From positions 25,732,001 through 25,796,000 of the forward strand of contig CM052817.1 of the NCBI GenBank assembly GCA_028534125.1: 64,000 bases of DNA, read 5' to 3'. This DNA comes from Lama glama (taxonomy: Eukaryota). Of this stretch, positions 13,524-24,892 are shown piece by piece. The notes below the pieces were generated by a model. It ran no database searches. It was given only the letters and a program-made list of their open reading frames with translations, and was not told the origin of the DNA. A program made the position numbers and the translations under genes. How positions within the stretch are numbered: position 1 is the first letter of the stretch; each line of letters opens with the position of its first letter.

Positions 13524-14690
13524 AAGGCTAGAGTAATTGGAGAAGCCATTCTCAGGGCACCAGTGCCTCTGCTAAACCTTGAAGGATGAATAGGTTTTCA
13601 AAACCAGAGAAACTGGGACACAAACAGCATATGAAAGAGGAAGCAATATAACATAGACCCTGTCTTAACTGATGAAGTATGTGTCTCTGTTGGAAAATAG
13701 TTAGAAACGAAGTTGGATAGGTAGAGTGGAGGTAGAAGGGTGTTGAGAAAAGGAGTGTGACAGAGGTGAGAGTAGAGGGAGAAGTGTTGATCACTCTCTA
13801 AGGCATCCTGCATATTACCGCCAAATTCATTTTCTAAAACATTGCCCTGTTCAGCAGTCCACTTAACATTGCCTGCTAGCCTTTATATCTTTGCTGGGTG
13901 CTCACGGCATTCTATCTCATTTTATGCATCCATCCTTATCTCTCACTACTCCTTAAAATTAATTAAGTATGTCTGGCTGGCTGGTCAAACTGGTATTTCC
14001 CTGTCTGTCATTGTCAATATGCTCACTTCTTTCTTTTATTAGTATCTTTCTTCCTTTATAAAATCTTTCACCATCCTGCCTATACAATTTCTTAGTATTC
14101 TTAGAAGCCTTTTCTCTAATGAAATTGGCCCATAGCACTTCACACAATCTTGACATTTCCTGTTTCTCTGATAGTATTTATGGTTTGTCCTGTGGTGTTT
14201 AGCACAGGTTATATATGGCTTTTCATTCCGCTCATTCTTATTTCTCTGAATAATTTTTATTCTCCTAAAGAGCTTTGTGAGGTTAAGATACTTGCCTCAC
14301 AGTATTTTTTGTAATCCTCCAAAGCAGATCTTTTCCCCACTTCGCTCATTTGGTAATAGTATTTGCCTTTTGAGTAAAACTATTTGATGGAGCATTAGAT
14401 ATTGAGCACCCTGAAAACTCAAATTTTGTATTTGTGATTATAAAATGTTCATACTGCAGCATTATAGTGTTTCTTATATTTAAGTTATCAAATATTTTTG
14501 TTTCAGTAACTCAATTATTTTTGAGGTTAGGAACCAAGATGTATATATCTGTCCCTTCCAATGCCTAGTAGAGTGTCTTGCTCACAGTAGCTGTGCAGTA
14601 TTTTAAATTTTGATTGCATTTGATTGATTTTTTGAATTTGCTTTATCGATTCAAGCTATAACCATGATCAGACCATTGTTCTGTTTTGCT

Positions 14691-14707
14691 AACAACAGGG
14701 GGCACCA
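14691..14707 (+). promoter_or_regulatory. candidate CTCF site
   Basis: aacaacAGGGGGCACca resembles the CTCF core CCACCAGGGGGCGC, about 1 kb upstream of the ATG. Confidence 0.45.
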
Positions 14708-15553
14708 TTAGGGTACTTATACACCCAAGAAATAATCCTGTCCCAGTCCTAGGGAGCTTTCTGGAGCTACACTTTCCTTTTCCTAAGTAGTGTCATAGAA
14801 ATCTGGCTATTGTACTAAATCAACGTGGCCCAATCCTAATTATAGACCAATATTGACTTCGGGTTATTTATTTGAAAAAGAGTAAGTACTGTTATAGTTT
14901 GGTCCTTTGTAGTTTTCTAACTTTGTCTTTCTCCTTGTTCGCAATATTCTTTGCTCAAATTAAATCTTACCAGGATCTTCCTATATTAATGAAATACACT
15001 CTTCTTCTGAAGAAAGAAGATAGAGGTGGAGAGCAGTAAACGGGAACCCCACCTTTTTATTCCTCCTCCTTCCTCGCCCCTCATCCAAAGAGCACAGCTT
15101 GAAAAATCTAACTCATCTAATTTTAAAATGCTTTAAATTAAAAAAAATGTTTTATGATAGCTCACTTAGGAACTTAGAATAAAAATAGGAACACTTTAGT
15201 TTTACAGTGATTTTTTAGATACAAAGGAGAATGCTGTGGACTACATTTCTTGTTTCAGCAATAAAAGAGTTAATATACTAAGCAGCAGAGACTGAGATAC
15301 TGCGACGGGATAGTGCTTTTTGTCTCTCATTTGTGGTTTAAGAAAAGGGGGTGGTGTTCTGCATTTGAAAGGACTTTAATGAATGCTGTCAGTGTTTGCG
15401 GGAGCTAATGGTCAGTATGGGAAAGGAGAGCAGGGGAAAGTGGTCTAGCTGCTTCAGGATAGGTGGATGAGAGTTTGCTCTGATTGAACGGAATGTTCCA
15501 CCGTGTCTCATCTTTTTTCATTGTCCTTTGTTCTTTATAATGTGATATATTGG

Positions 15554-15561
15554 TATAAAAG
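15554..15561 (+). promoter_or_regulatory. candidate TATA box
   Basis: TATAAAAG is a perfect TATAWAWR match 163 nt upstream of ATG 15717. The AT-rich background weakens the evidence. Confidence 0.3.
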
Positions 15562-15589
15562 TAAATGTAGATATATATGTGAATGTGAT

Positions 15590-15625
15590 TTATTTTCCTT
15601 TCAATTTGTTTATTGTGTACAGCAG
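15590..15625 (+). promoter_or_regulatory. KLHL5: 3' splice site with NAGNAG (CAGCAG) upstream of the KLHL5 start codon
   Basis: ttattttcctttcaatttgtttattgtgtaCAGCAG|gg: T-rich tract free of AG followed by tandem AGs at 15621-22 and 15624-25. Confidence 0.6.
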
Positions 15626-15716
15626 GGCATATACTTCTCTTGTCTTGGTTGGATGCACAAATCTGTGTGCAGTGCTTTTTGCCCGTTGCCTAGACGATCA
15701 CTTGGTTTCTCTGAGG

Positions 15717-16099
15717 ATGTCTGGTTCTCGTAAAGAGTTTGATGTGAAGCAGATTTTGAAAATCAGATGGAGGTGGTTTAGCCATCAAGCATCATCTCCT
15801 AATTCTACAGTTGACAGCCAGCAGGGAGAATTTTGGAATCGAGGACAGACCAGAGCAAACGGTGGGAGAAAGTTTTTAGATTCATGTAGCCTACAATTGC
15901 CTTTGGCTTCAATTGGTTACCGAAGGTCCAGCCAACTGGATTTTCAGAATTCACCTTCTTGGCCAATGGCATCCACCTCTGAAGTCCCTGCATTTGAGTT
16001 TACAGCAGAAGATTGTGGCGGTGCACATTGGCTGGATAGACCAGAAGTGGATGATGGCACTAGTGAAGAAGAAAATGAATCTGATTCCAGTTCATGCAG
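15717..16099 (+). CDS. KLHL5: KLHL5 coding exon 1 (MSGSRKEFDVKQ...EEENESDSSSCR), N-terminal Ser/acidic-rich region
   Basis: First in-frame ATG at 15717 (aggATGt, A at -3) inside ORF 15579..16163. Donor CAG|gtctat at 16100, phase 2, matches the next exon. The frame is also open 46 codons upstream to a GTG at 15579. Confidence 0.9.
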
Positions 16100-19000
16100 G
16101 TCTATTATTTTCTTACTGTTAGAAGTGGGGTGTGGGGTATATTCTCTATACTGTTTAAAATAATTTAGTATTATTATTTAAAATCTATGATTTTATATAT
16201 ATATATCTACATATATACACATATATAATATCTTGGTATGCATATGTAGTACTTTTGCTGGGGTTTAAAAAATTGTTCTAATATTGACTTTAATTCTATA
16301 AAATTATAAAGACAACAAATAGCTTTTGAAATATGTTACGTTCCATATATAGATCTGGCTTTGCCTTGAAAATAATATATGGTGGCAATTTTATGCATCA
16401 TTGCTTTGCAGTTTGCTTCATCCATTTACCTTCTATAGTTATAGCAAAACTGTAAGACATTTCTATAATATAAAAATTTTTAGAACATTTCAGTTTGCAA
16501 CAGATTATAGAGTCATGTTTTAATTTTAATGAAAATGAAAGACTTTACAAGGAGATGCACATTGCAGTTGCCAATAATTTTTTACACCCTTGCAGTTGTC
16601 AATAATATTTTTCTTATTATTTCTCTTTGTCCTATGTCGCAGCCCTTCAGAGTAATACAGAGAATACAGTAACATGTCTCTTCCTAAGATGACAGCTACT
16701 AATTCCTGTTATCTTCACTTCACTGAAAATTGTGCTCTTTAGGGAAATGAAGGACATTCCTTCAGTAACATATAAGGGAACATAGAAGAGCTAGTTGTGT
16801 GTGATTGGCTAGTGAAAAGGGGGCAAAAATAAGGGGAAATGAGTTTGAGAAGAGAAAAATTGGTAATTTTGTAGTGACTTTATCTTCACCCATGTGGAGC
16901 CAGGCTTATCTTTGAAATAAATTTTCTTAATCAGTTTAAACTACTATAGCATATTATGTAACAAGTTAGAGCCTTGAAAGTCATCTTTCTGATCATCTTC
17001 ATTCAAAAATATTTAAAGGCTTATTATTTTTCTAAATTGATTACTGGATCCTTTTTCTTCTAAAATTTCTCTGCAGGTTTTAATAACACTTGTAATTTGT
17101 ATGTTGGCTATTATTAATATAGGCATAATAAGAGATGGAGACAAAATGAGTTCATATATTCAATAATCTCTTACTGGGGAATATTTACCACCTTCTCTTC
17201 TAATCTTCAGAATATGGAATTCTGAACTGTGGTGTTGGAATAATAATAAATATAGACCAGTCATCTATAATCATATGTATAATGAAGAGAGGGGAATATC
17301 TCTACATAGGTAACTAGTGTATTTAATTACAATTTTTAAAATTAGTTCATGATTTAGCAGTATCTTAAGGGAATAGGAGCCACTAATAATTTTAATATGG
17401 AGAGCAATTGAGTTAATATGGTTTGATTGTTTTGTATTTTCTTTGGGTACTTGTTGCCATAAAGAGAGTAATTTATATAGTAAAAGGTTCAGGGTTTATC
17501 ATTTTTGTGGGAAACTGAAGAGTAATCATCTTTTCATTTGGAAATCAATACAAAGTATCAAGAACATTTTTAACAAAATTAGAAAAAAAACAAAACATTC
17601 ATTAATTTACCAGCCTAAGTATAAAAACCTGAACGTGTATCTACTACCTGGAGAGATTATACATAATGTGAGTATAAAACTTATATACATGTATAATCTT
17701 AGAAAGGTTATACACGCATGGTATAATTTACTTCCTTAGAGCAAAGGTAATTTGCATAGCTAATGATTACTGAAATTAAGTTAATCTATTCTGTAGAATC
17801 CATATTGAAATATCTTGATGGGATATTCATTATGACAGAAAAAGATTGCTTTTTTTTACATTAAGAGATTGCTATGTTCATCCTTCAAGAACATAACTGA
17901 CATTTTTATTTAGAGAAGTTATAAAAATAAGAAACTCTTTAAATCTAAAATAAATTGTTTTAAAAATACTAATTGTTTTAACATGCTAGTTGTTTTAAAA
18001 ATGCTAATCAAGAAAATTGAAAGTAAATAACAAGATGGGGAGTAAACAGTTTACATCTGTAGTCACCAAACAATTTCTAAAATATCATTTTGAAAATAAA
18101 AGGGATTAAAGAAAATGTTTCTGATTTTTAGATATAAGAGAGGAAATGTGTGAAAGATATTTAATATTCTTGATGGCTTGAAATTTCTATCTTAACATCT
18201 TACTGCAAAAAAGTAAAAGACATTCTAGATTTTAGGTATGTCAATTGTGTGTATACTTTCACTTTTCCACTTTTTTCTAGATTAAATATATTTAATTCTC
18301 ACATTCTCCTTTGATCCTTCAGCTCTGAGTCTTTGATCTTTGTCATGAGGATACATTTATTTTCCTCCAGCTTTTTGATTAAGTGAGCAATCTCTCTAGG
18401 TGGTTGCCCTCTACTGTAAAACAAATCAAAAACTATCACCATTAATGTCAAAAAAAAGCTACACTGACATTCATCAAATTTTGTATATAACTTGGGAATA
18501 GTTCTTTTTCTTATATAATATGTGCAAATAATAAAACATATAGTAAACATTTTATTTGCATATACTATATAGATTGATATCTTAAAATATTGAAGGCATA
18601 ATGGGAAAATACATAAGATATATGGAAAATTTCTCATTTACATGGCCGTAATACTTACACAGATCTCAGAACTTAGACTGAAATTTTGAGTTATTAGAAA
18701 AAGAGGAAATCAGTTGAGTGTATTTATACATATACCTACAGTGGGTAGACAATTTAATTGAAAGTGGAAGTTAGGAGGCATCACATGTTGCTAATGTGTT
18801 TGATCAGTTGCAGTCTATGCAGGAGAAATGTCTTCTTGAGACTTAGACTTAGGGTGATTTCTGCTGTCACACATCTAAGTGATTTAAAAGTTTCTCACCT
18901 TTTAACTTTGATCTTGGGTCTGTAGCCTCGCCACTTTTTCTCCATAGGAATCATCTAAGCCATTACTTCATTGTTCAAATACAAACTCTGTTTTTTACAC

Positions 19001-19309
19001 CATGAAGAATTTTAGATCTTAAGCAACAGAGTTGTCACCTTCTGTGTGAGCAGTAAGTTCCTAAGACTTTCACTCAGGATGAATTTTCACCAGGGCCGCA
19101 AGGTTTACATGGTGGCTCACCATGTGCCTATAGTATAAACACAGTTTACACTTTACTTGATTTGCCAGCTTTGAAATTATGTAATTTTGACATATTGGGT
19201 GAAATCTCTTATTTCAAACTTTGTTTATAAAGTTAGGGTTTAATATTTTACATGTCAGACTATTTTTAGTCAATGTATATGAAATATTACTCTACAGTAT
19301 ACACAAAAA

Positions 19310-19500
19310 ATAATAGCTCATATTGACAGGGTACTTACTCTCTGTGAGACACTGTTCTAAGCATTTTAGTACTATATTAACTCATTTAATCTTTACAAAT
19401 TTCTGAGTTAGATTGCTACTATTATCATTCTAATTATACAGATGAGGCCAGTGAGGCACAAAAAGGGTAAGTAACTTGCTCAAGGTTAGTAAGTGAAATG
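19310..19500 (-). mobile_element. MIR SINE, split by an L1MC insertion and resuming near 20020
   Basis: aactcatttaatctttacaa...ttacagatgaggccagtgaggcaca...taagtaacttgctcaagg. Confidence 0.8.
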
Positions 19501-19509
19501 AAACTGCGT

Positions 19510-20017
19510 TTTAAAAACCTATATAAATTTACAACAGTTTTAGATTTACAGGAAAATTGCTGAGATAGTAGAGTGAGATCCTATACACCCCACACCCAAT
19601 TTCTCCTCTTATTAATGTCTTACACAAGTATGGTATATCTGTTACTATTGAACCAATATTGATACATTATTGTTAACTAAAGTCCATACTTTATTCAGAT
19701 TTCCTTAATTTCTACCTAAAATCCTTTTTCTGTCCAGGGTACTAGTTACATTTAATCGTCTCATCTCCTTAGGCTCCCCTGGGCTGTGACAGTTTCTCAG
19801 ACTTGGTTTTGATGACCTTGGCAGTTTGGGGAGTCAGGTGTTTTGTAGAATGTCTTACTCAATTGGGATTTTTCTGATATTTGTCTCATGATTAGACTGA
19901 GTTACGAGTTTGGGGGAGGAAGACCAGAAAGGTAAAGTGCCGTTTTCATCACATCTTATCAAAGATACATCCCATCAGTCTGACTTGTCATTATTGATAT
20001 TGACCTTGATCACTTGG
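19510..20017 (-). mobile_element. L1MC1/2-like 3' end
   Basis: cagttttagatttacaggaaaattg, ccaatattgatacattattgttaactaaagtccatactttattcagatttcctt, gaccttgatcacttgg. Confidence 0.8.
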
Positions 20018-21075
20018 AAACAGCTGCATTTTTGAACCCAAAAAATTAAGATGTAGACTTCATGCTCACATACCAGTAGGCAATTCTCTGTAACTATTCA
20101 TTTAATCACCGAGTTCAACTTGGATTAACATAATAGTTAATGATTCATTCTAACCAGTTTCACCTTCTCTCCTCGACTAATTTTCCCAGCCTGGCTCTTG
20201 GAAAAGCCAAGGCTGGCTGGCTTACAGGTGTGGTCTCTTGACATGCCCACAGCTCTTTACCCACAGTCACCCAGTCCATCTTGTTGGATGCTTGCTACCC
20301 TGTGTTTCAGCTGCAGATATCATTGAACTCTTCTATCCCTTGTCAGTTGATTTGCTATTCTTTGACTCATCTTGAAGGCATTTAGGCTCTTCTCCTCTCC
20401 CAACAAGGGGGTTATCTTTATAATATACCATTTCTCAAGCACTATCTCCTTTTGCTTGACCCTCTTTATGCTACTTCTTTCTGTGTGAATCAATCTGTTA
20501 ATTCTGGTTCAGTTTAAAATTAAAATCTTCCACATTTCCACATAAAAAAAAATTTGTTTCCAGAGATGGCAAAGTTCAACTACAATGTACTCGTATCTAG
20601 GAAGGATGTGTTGCATTGTCCTCCCTCACACGTATAGGCCCAAGTCGTAGCATGGATTCCCTTGACATAAACTACGGAACCTCTCCCCAGAAACCCTCCA
20701 CATGTGTGTGCAGGTATGTGCATGTATGTGCACACGTGTGTGTTAAGTATTTCATGTAGGGTTTAAGGAGTTCATGAACCCCCTAAAGCTTATCTGTACA
20801 CTGTGTCAATCAGTGTTCTTAGTTTTAAGCAACTGAAATTGACTGACTGATTTAAACAGAATAGGAATTTATTGGAATCATATTAGTTCCCAGAAAGAAT
20901 CAGCTTAGGGACAAAGACTCTACAGTGGCATAACTGGCCTTTATAACCCCAGATTTCTGAGACAGAAGAATCTATCTTTATGACACTTATTGCTTACATT
21001 TTATTTTCATCTATTTGGAACTGGATAGTGAAGTTTTATGTTTTTAGAATTAGATAATTAGGCATGAAAACAATG

Positions 21076-21078
<3 letters not shown>

Positions 21079-21114
<36 letters not shown>
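21079..21114. repeat. (CA)18 microsatellite
   Basis: Perfect dinucleotide run. Confidence 0.97.
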
Positions 21115-21116
<2 letters not shown>

Positions 21117-21164
21117 ATCACTCATATGCACAGAGACATGTAATTTGGTCATTTAACTTTAGGG

Positions 21165-21625
21165 AGTATATTAGTAGGGAAGAGGCTAAGATAATATATC
21201 AGCGAGATTCGGAAATACAGTGGCTCAAATAAGATAGAAGTTTGTTTCTCTATCACCTCGCAGATGGGCCAGTGGCCCAGGACAGACAGGTAGCTCTGCT
21301 ACACAAGTTGATTCAGAGATCCAGGTTCCTTCCATGTTGTTTCTCCATCTTGTTGGGTGTTATTCCTTCTTTGTGGTCAGTGCTTCTTCAGCTCCCCCTC
21401 TGCATCCTAGCCTGTGGGAAGGACCACGAAAGAAAAGGGAGGAAATTAAACGAATAACACAAGTTGCATTTATCAGTTCTGTTCGCATTCCATCGTGGAA
21501 AGGCTAGTCACGTGGCCATGACTAGTTGCAAGGGAGGCTCAGATGTAGCCTCTGCCTGGGGAGCCATGTGTCCTGCTAAAACTCATTACTGTGGTAGATG
21601 TGAAGAATGGTTTGGGGGTTAATCA
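21165..21625. mobile_element. MaLR solo LTR (MLT1J-like)
   Basis: acagtggctcaaataagatagaagtttgtttctct...agtcacgtggcc...gttgcaagggaggct. Confidence 0.7.
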
Positions 21626-21934
21626 ACAAGGTGCAAGAGGTGAAGACAGCTGGTTAGAACTCTTCAGAAATCTTTGGATCTAATTTTCTAATGAGCTTTT
21701 TTCCCCGCATATTTTGTACTATTTTTACCAAAGGGATATTCACAAATAAAGATAAGCAAAAATGGAAAAAGAAAAATCACTAGTTACCTTGGCACCACAA
21801 AATAACAACCATTAACAATATGAGGAAGTATCCTTCCAGTATATTTTAAATATAATGAATTATGTTTTTAGAATAAAAATATGAATCTTACTGTACATCT
21901 TATTTTGTAAACTTTTTTGCCCAATGTAAACGTT

Positions 21935-22480
21935 AAAATTAAGACTCTTTTAGTCACAAATAACAAGCTCAAACTAACTTAAGCAAAAATTGGAAATTTT
22001 TGATTCACATAAGTAAATAAAAAGTCTAATGTCTTTAGACATGTCTGAATCCAGATACTCAAATAATGCCAGAAATCTTTTTTTCTCTCTAGATTCTCTT
22101 TTCCTTTGTGATGGCATTTTCTCAGGCAGGCTTTCTGTGTAGTAGCGAAAAAGCCACTAGCAGCTCCAAATTTACTTTTTATCGGCTTAGCCTCCTCAGT
22201 GGAAACAGAGTGACCCTTTTCCAAGATTGCCAACAAACATCTTGAAACTGACTCTGATTGGCCTTGTTTGGATCATATGTCCACCCAAACCAATCATCAT
22301 TGCCAGAAGAGATGATACTCTTATTGGCCAGGCCTCAGTCCCTACCTCACCTTTTCCCAGGGGGAAGCTCCAGCTCTGCCTGTTGTGGACTGAGGTGGGG
22401 AATGTGCAGTTTCCCAAAAGGTAAAGATGGGTCTGTTACCCTAAGAAAGACTCCTGAGTAGGCAAAAGCAATATCCACTA
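21935..22480. mobile_element. MaLR solo LTR (MLT1 family)
   Basis: ctcaaactaacttaagcaaaa, ctctgattggccttgtttggatcatatgtccacc, tcttattggccaggcct. Confidence 0.6.
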
Positions 22481-24695
22481 AAACAGCTTTCCATGTCATT
22501 TTATGTTCTATGTCTTTAAAAATGTTTGCACAAACACACCTTTTGTTTATTTAACCGTTATTCTTTTTTTTTTTTTGAATTTAGATTGTTTCCAATATTT
22601 TCCTGTTAGAAACAGCCTGTGATAAACCTTCCCTGTAGCCAGATCTCTACATACAGGTCATTGTTTTCTCTGGATAAAGTCTCAAAGGTGTGCACATTTT
22701 TAGAGTTTTTGATTTGTATTCTCAAATTCAGTTCGGGAACATCACTGCTATTTTAATTCTCAGCAGCATTGTATGAGAGTGCCCAGTGTCCCTTCCCCTT
22801 CACACTGGTTATTATCTTATTTAAGAAAATTTGATTCTTACAAACAACATTTAACTCTCACCATAGACAGTCCAGCCACAGGACCAGAAGAGAACCCCTT
22901 AAATTCCAAAACGAAAAAATATTTCTCTTGAGAAATATTCTTTGCCTCTTGTCGTTTCTTTTTATACACCTGCCTTGTCCTGTCCTTAATGATAACCCCA
23001 ACTCCTCCTCCTCCTTACTCGTCTGAACTCTAGGGCTTATTTCAGATCTCATCCGCTACTGTTGCCTTTCGAAACACTAGCCCATATGGATCTTTCCTTT
23101 CTGTATATTCTGATAGCAATTACATTCCAACTGGGGATGTATCAGGTGATCTGTTGGAGAAATAGTAAAATATATATATGCGTGTATATATATATATTAG
23201 AAAGTCTATTTACATTTTATCTCTTAAACCTCATTTTTCTATTTTATAATATAAATAATAATTATACAATGATATGCATATGTATATATATATATATATC
23301 TTCTATAAACTAATAAATATCCATATATTGGGGTACATGCCTAAAAGTATACTGAAAAGGATATACATAAATTTTTTAGGACTGCTTGTCTATACTAAGC
23401 AATGTACATTCTTAGTTTACATTTGTGATTTTGAATATGCGTAAAAGATGCCAAAAGATTCATGATATAGTCATTTGCGCTTTGGCAAAAACATGAGTTC
23501 TGAATGCCAGAAGCTGAGGCAGGGGGCTGGGAGTGAATCAGTTACCTGGGGAGTGAGCCAAACAGACTCTTTAGAGTTTCAATGCAGCTTTGTTTTCTAC
23601 TCAAAATCATATACAGTATAATTCTTGTGAAGTGATTTTTTAAAACTTCTTTTGAAAAATTACTCCATTAAGAAAACCTCATGCAAGTTCTGGTGATGAA
23701 AGTGGAGAAATCTAAATAGTTTGCAATAAAATGGTAATATTGGCCACAATACATAGTCTGTGCCTCTACACACGTGTGTGAAATCTGAAGAATTGCAAGT
23801 ATTAGTGTTGCTGGTTAATTTTTTCTACTTTACAGAACTTGAATCTTCAAATTCCAAGTCCCTTCACTAAACAAATCATATCTTCTTATCATATCCCCAC
23901 AGTTTCTAACAACTGGTGCCATGCTGCATCTAAGAGCTACTCTGTAAATAGTTGGTGACTTGATTTGTTTGGTATTTACTTCTTTTCTACATTTAGGCAT
24001 TTTTCTGACTTTCAAATTCATTGCCTACTGCAGAGGGACAGTAAGCTCAAAATTATTGTTTCCTTATAGCCTGGAAATACTTAGCAATGTAGAGTTCATG
24101 ACAGTGGAATGTCTATTATAAAAAGATTTGCATGATCTCATGATCATGATGCAATTCTTTGAAATGTGACTTACCGTCTTAGTAACATCAAAGAAATAAA
24201 ACTGAACAGAGGTGTTAGATATATTTCCTCTGCTGTCAGGTAAAGATCAAGTTAGAAATCCCAGAGAAATATGTCTCAGTGTTCCATAAATGGCCTATTC
24301 TCAGATGTTTATATTATGGATTAGGATGTCCACTGAGTTTATTAAAGGCCATTTTTACTTAGGAATTATGAAATTTAGTTACAAAAATTGATAATACTGG
24401 GGACCACTTTAGGAAGACAACCAAACAAACAACGTTATATAAAGACAAAAGGCTGAGATTACAGGCCTTCCCTTTGGCCTTTGAAAAAGGAGGGTCTTCT
24501 AAGAGTTGTTTACTTACCTTGATTGTGTGCTTATTCTGTGCTGGGGCTATGCACTTATTATTTCATTTAATAATCCTCCCATGAAGGATCCTTTAAAAGA
24601 AAGTACTATGTGTTACTTATTACTGTACTGCTGTTGAAGGTAAGGTTTAGAGAAGTTAAATAACTTGTCCAGATACTAGTGACAGAGCTGAATCA

Positions 24696-24892
24696 ACGCT
24701 ATGTAATAGAACCGTCTACAGTGATGGAAATGTTCTGTATCTGCAGCATCCAGTCTGGCAGCCACTAGCCCCAGGGGGCTACTTGAGCATTTGAAATATG
24801 ACTAGTTCAACTAAAGAACTGAATTTTTATTTTATTTTATTTTAATTAAAATAGCCCCATGGGCGTAGTAGCTACTATATTGGATAGCACAG
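24696..24892. mobile_element. MER3 (hAT-Charlie) nested in a MIR (~24500-24935)
   Basis: gatggaaatgttctgtatctg...gccactagcc...gagcatttgaaat...gctactatattggatagcacag. MIR sequence continues on both sides. Confidence 0.8.

Noticed and set aside
707..14156. Short ORFs upstream of KLHL5
   Set aside because: All are 60-111 aa with no recognisable domain (apart from the hAT fossil), often have non-ATG starts and often lie in repeats.
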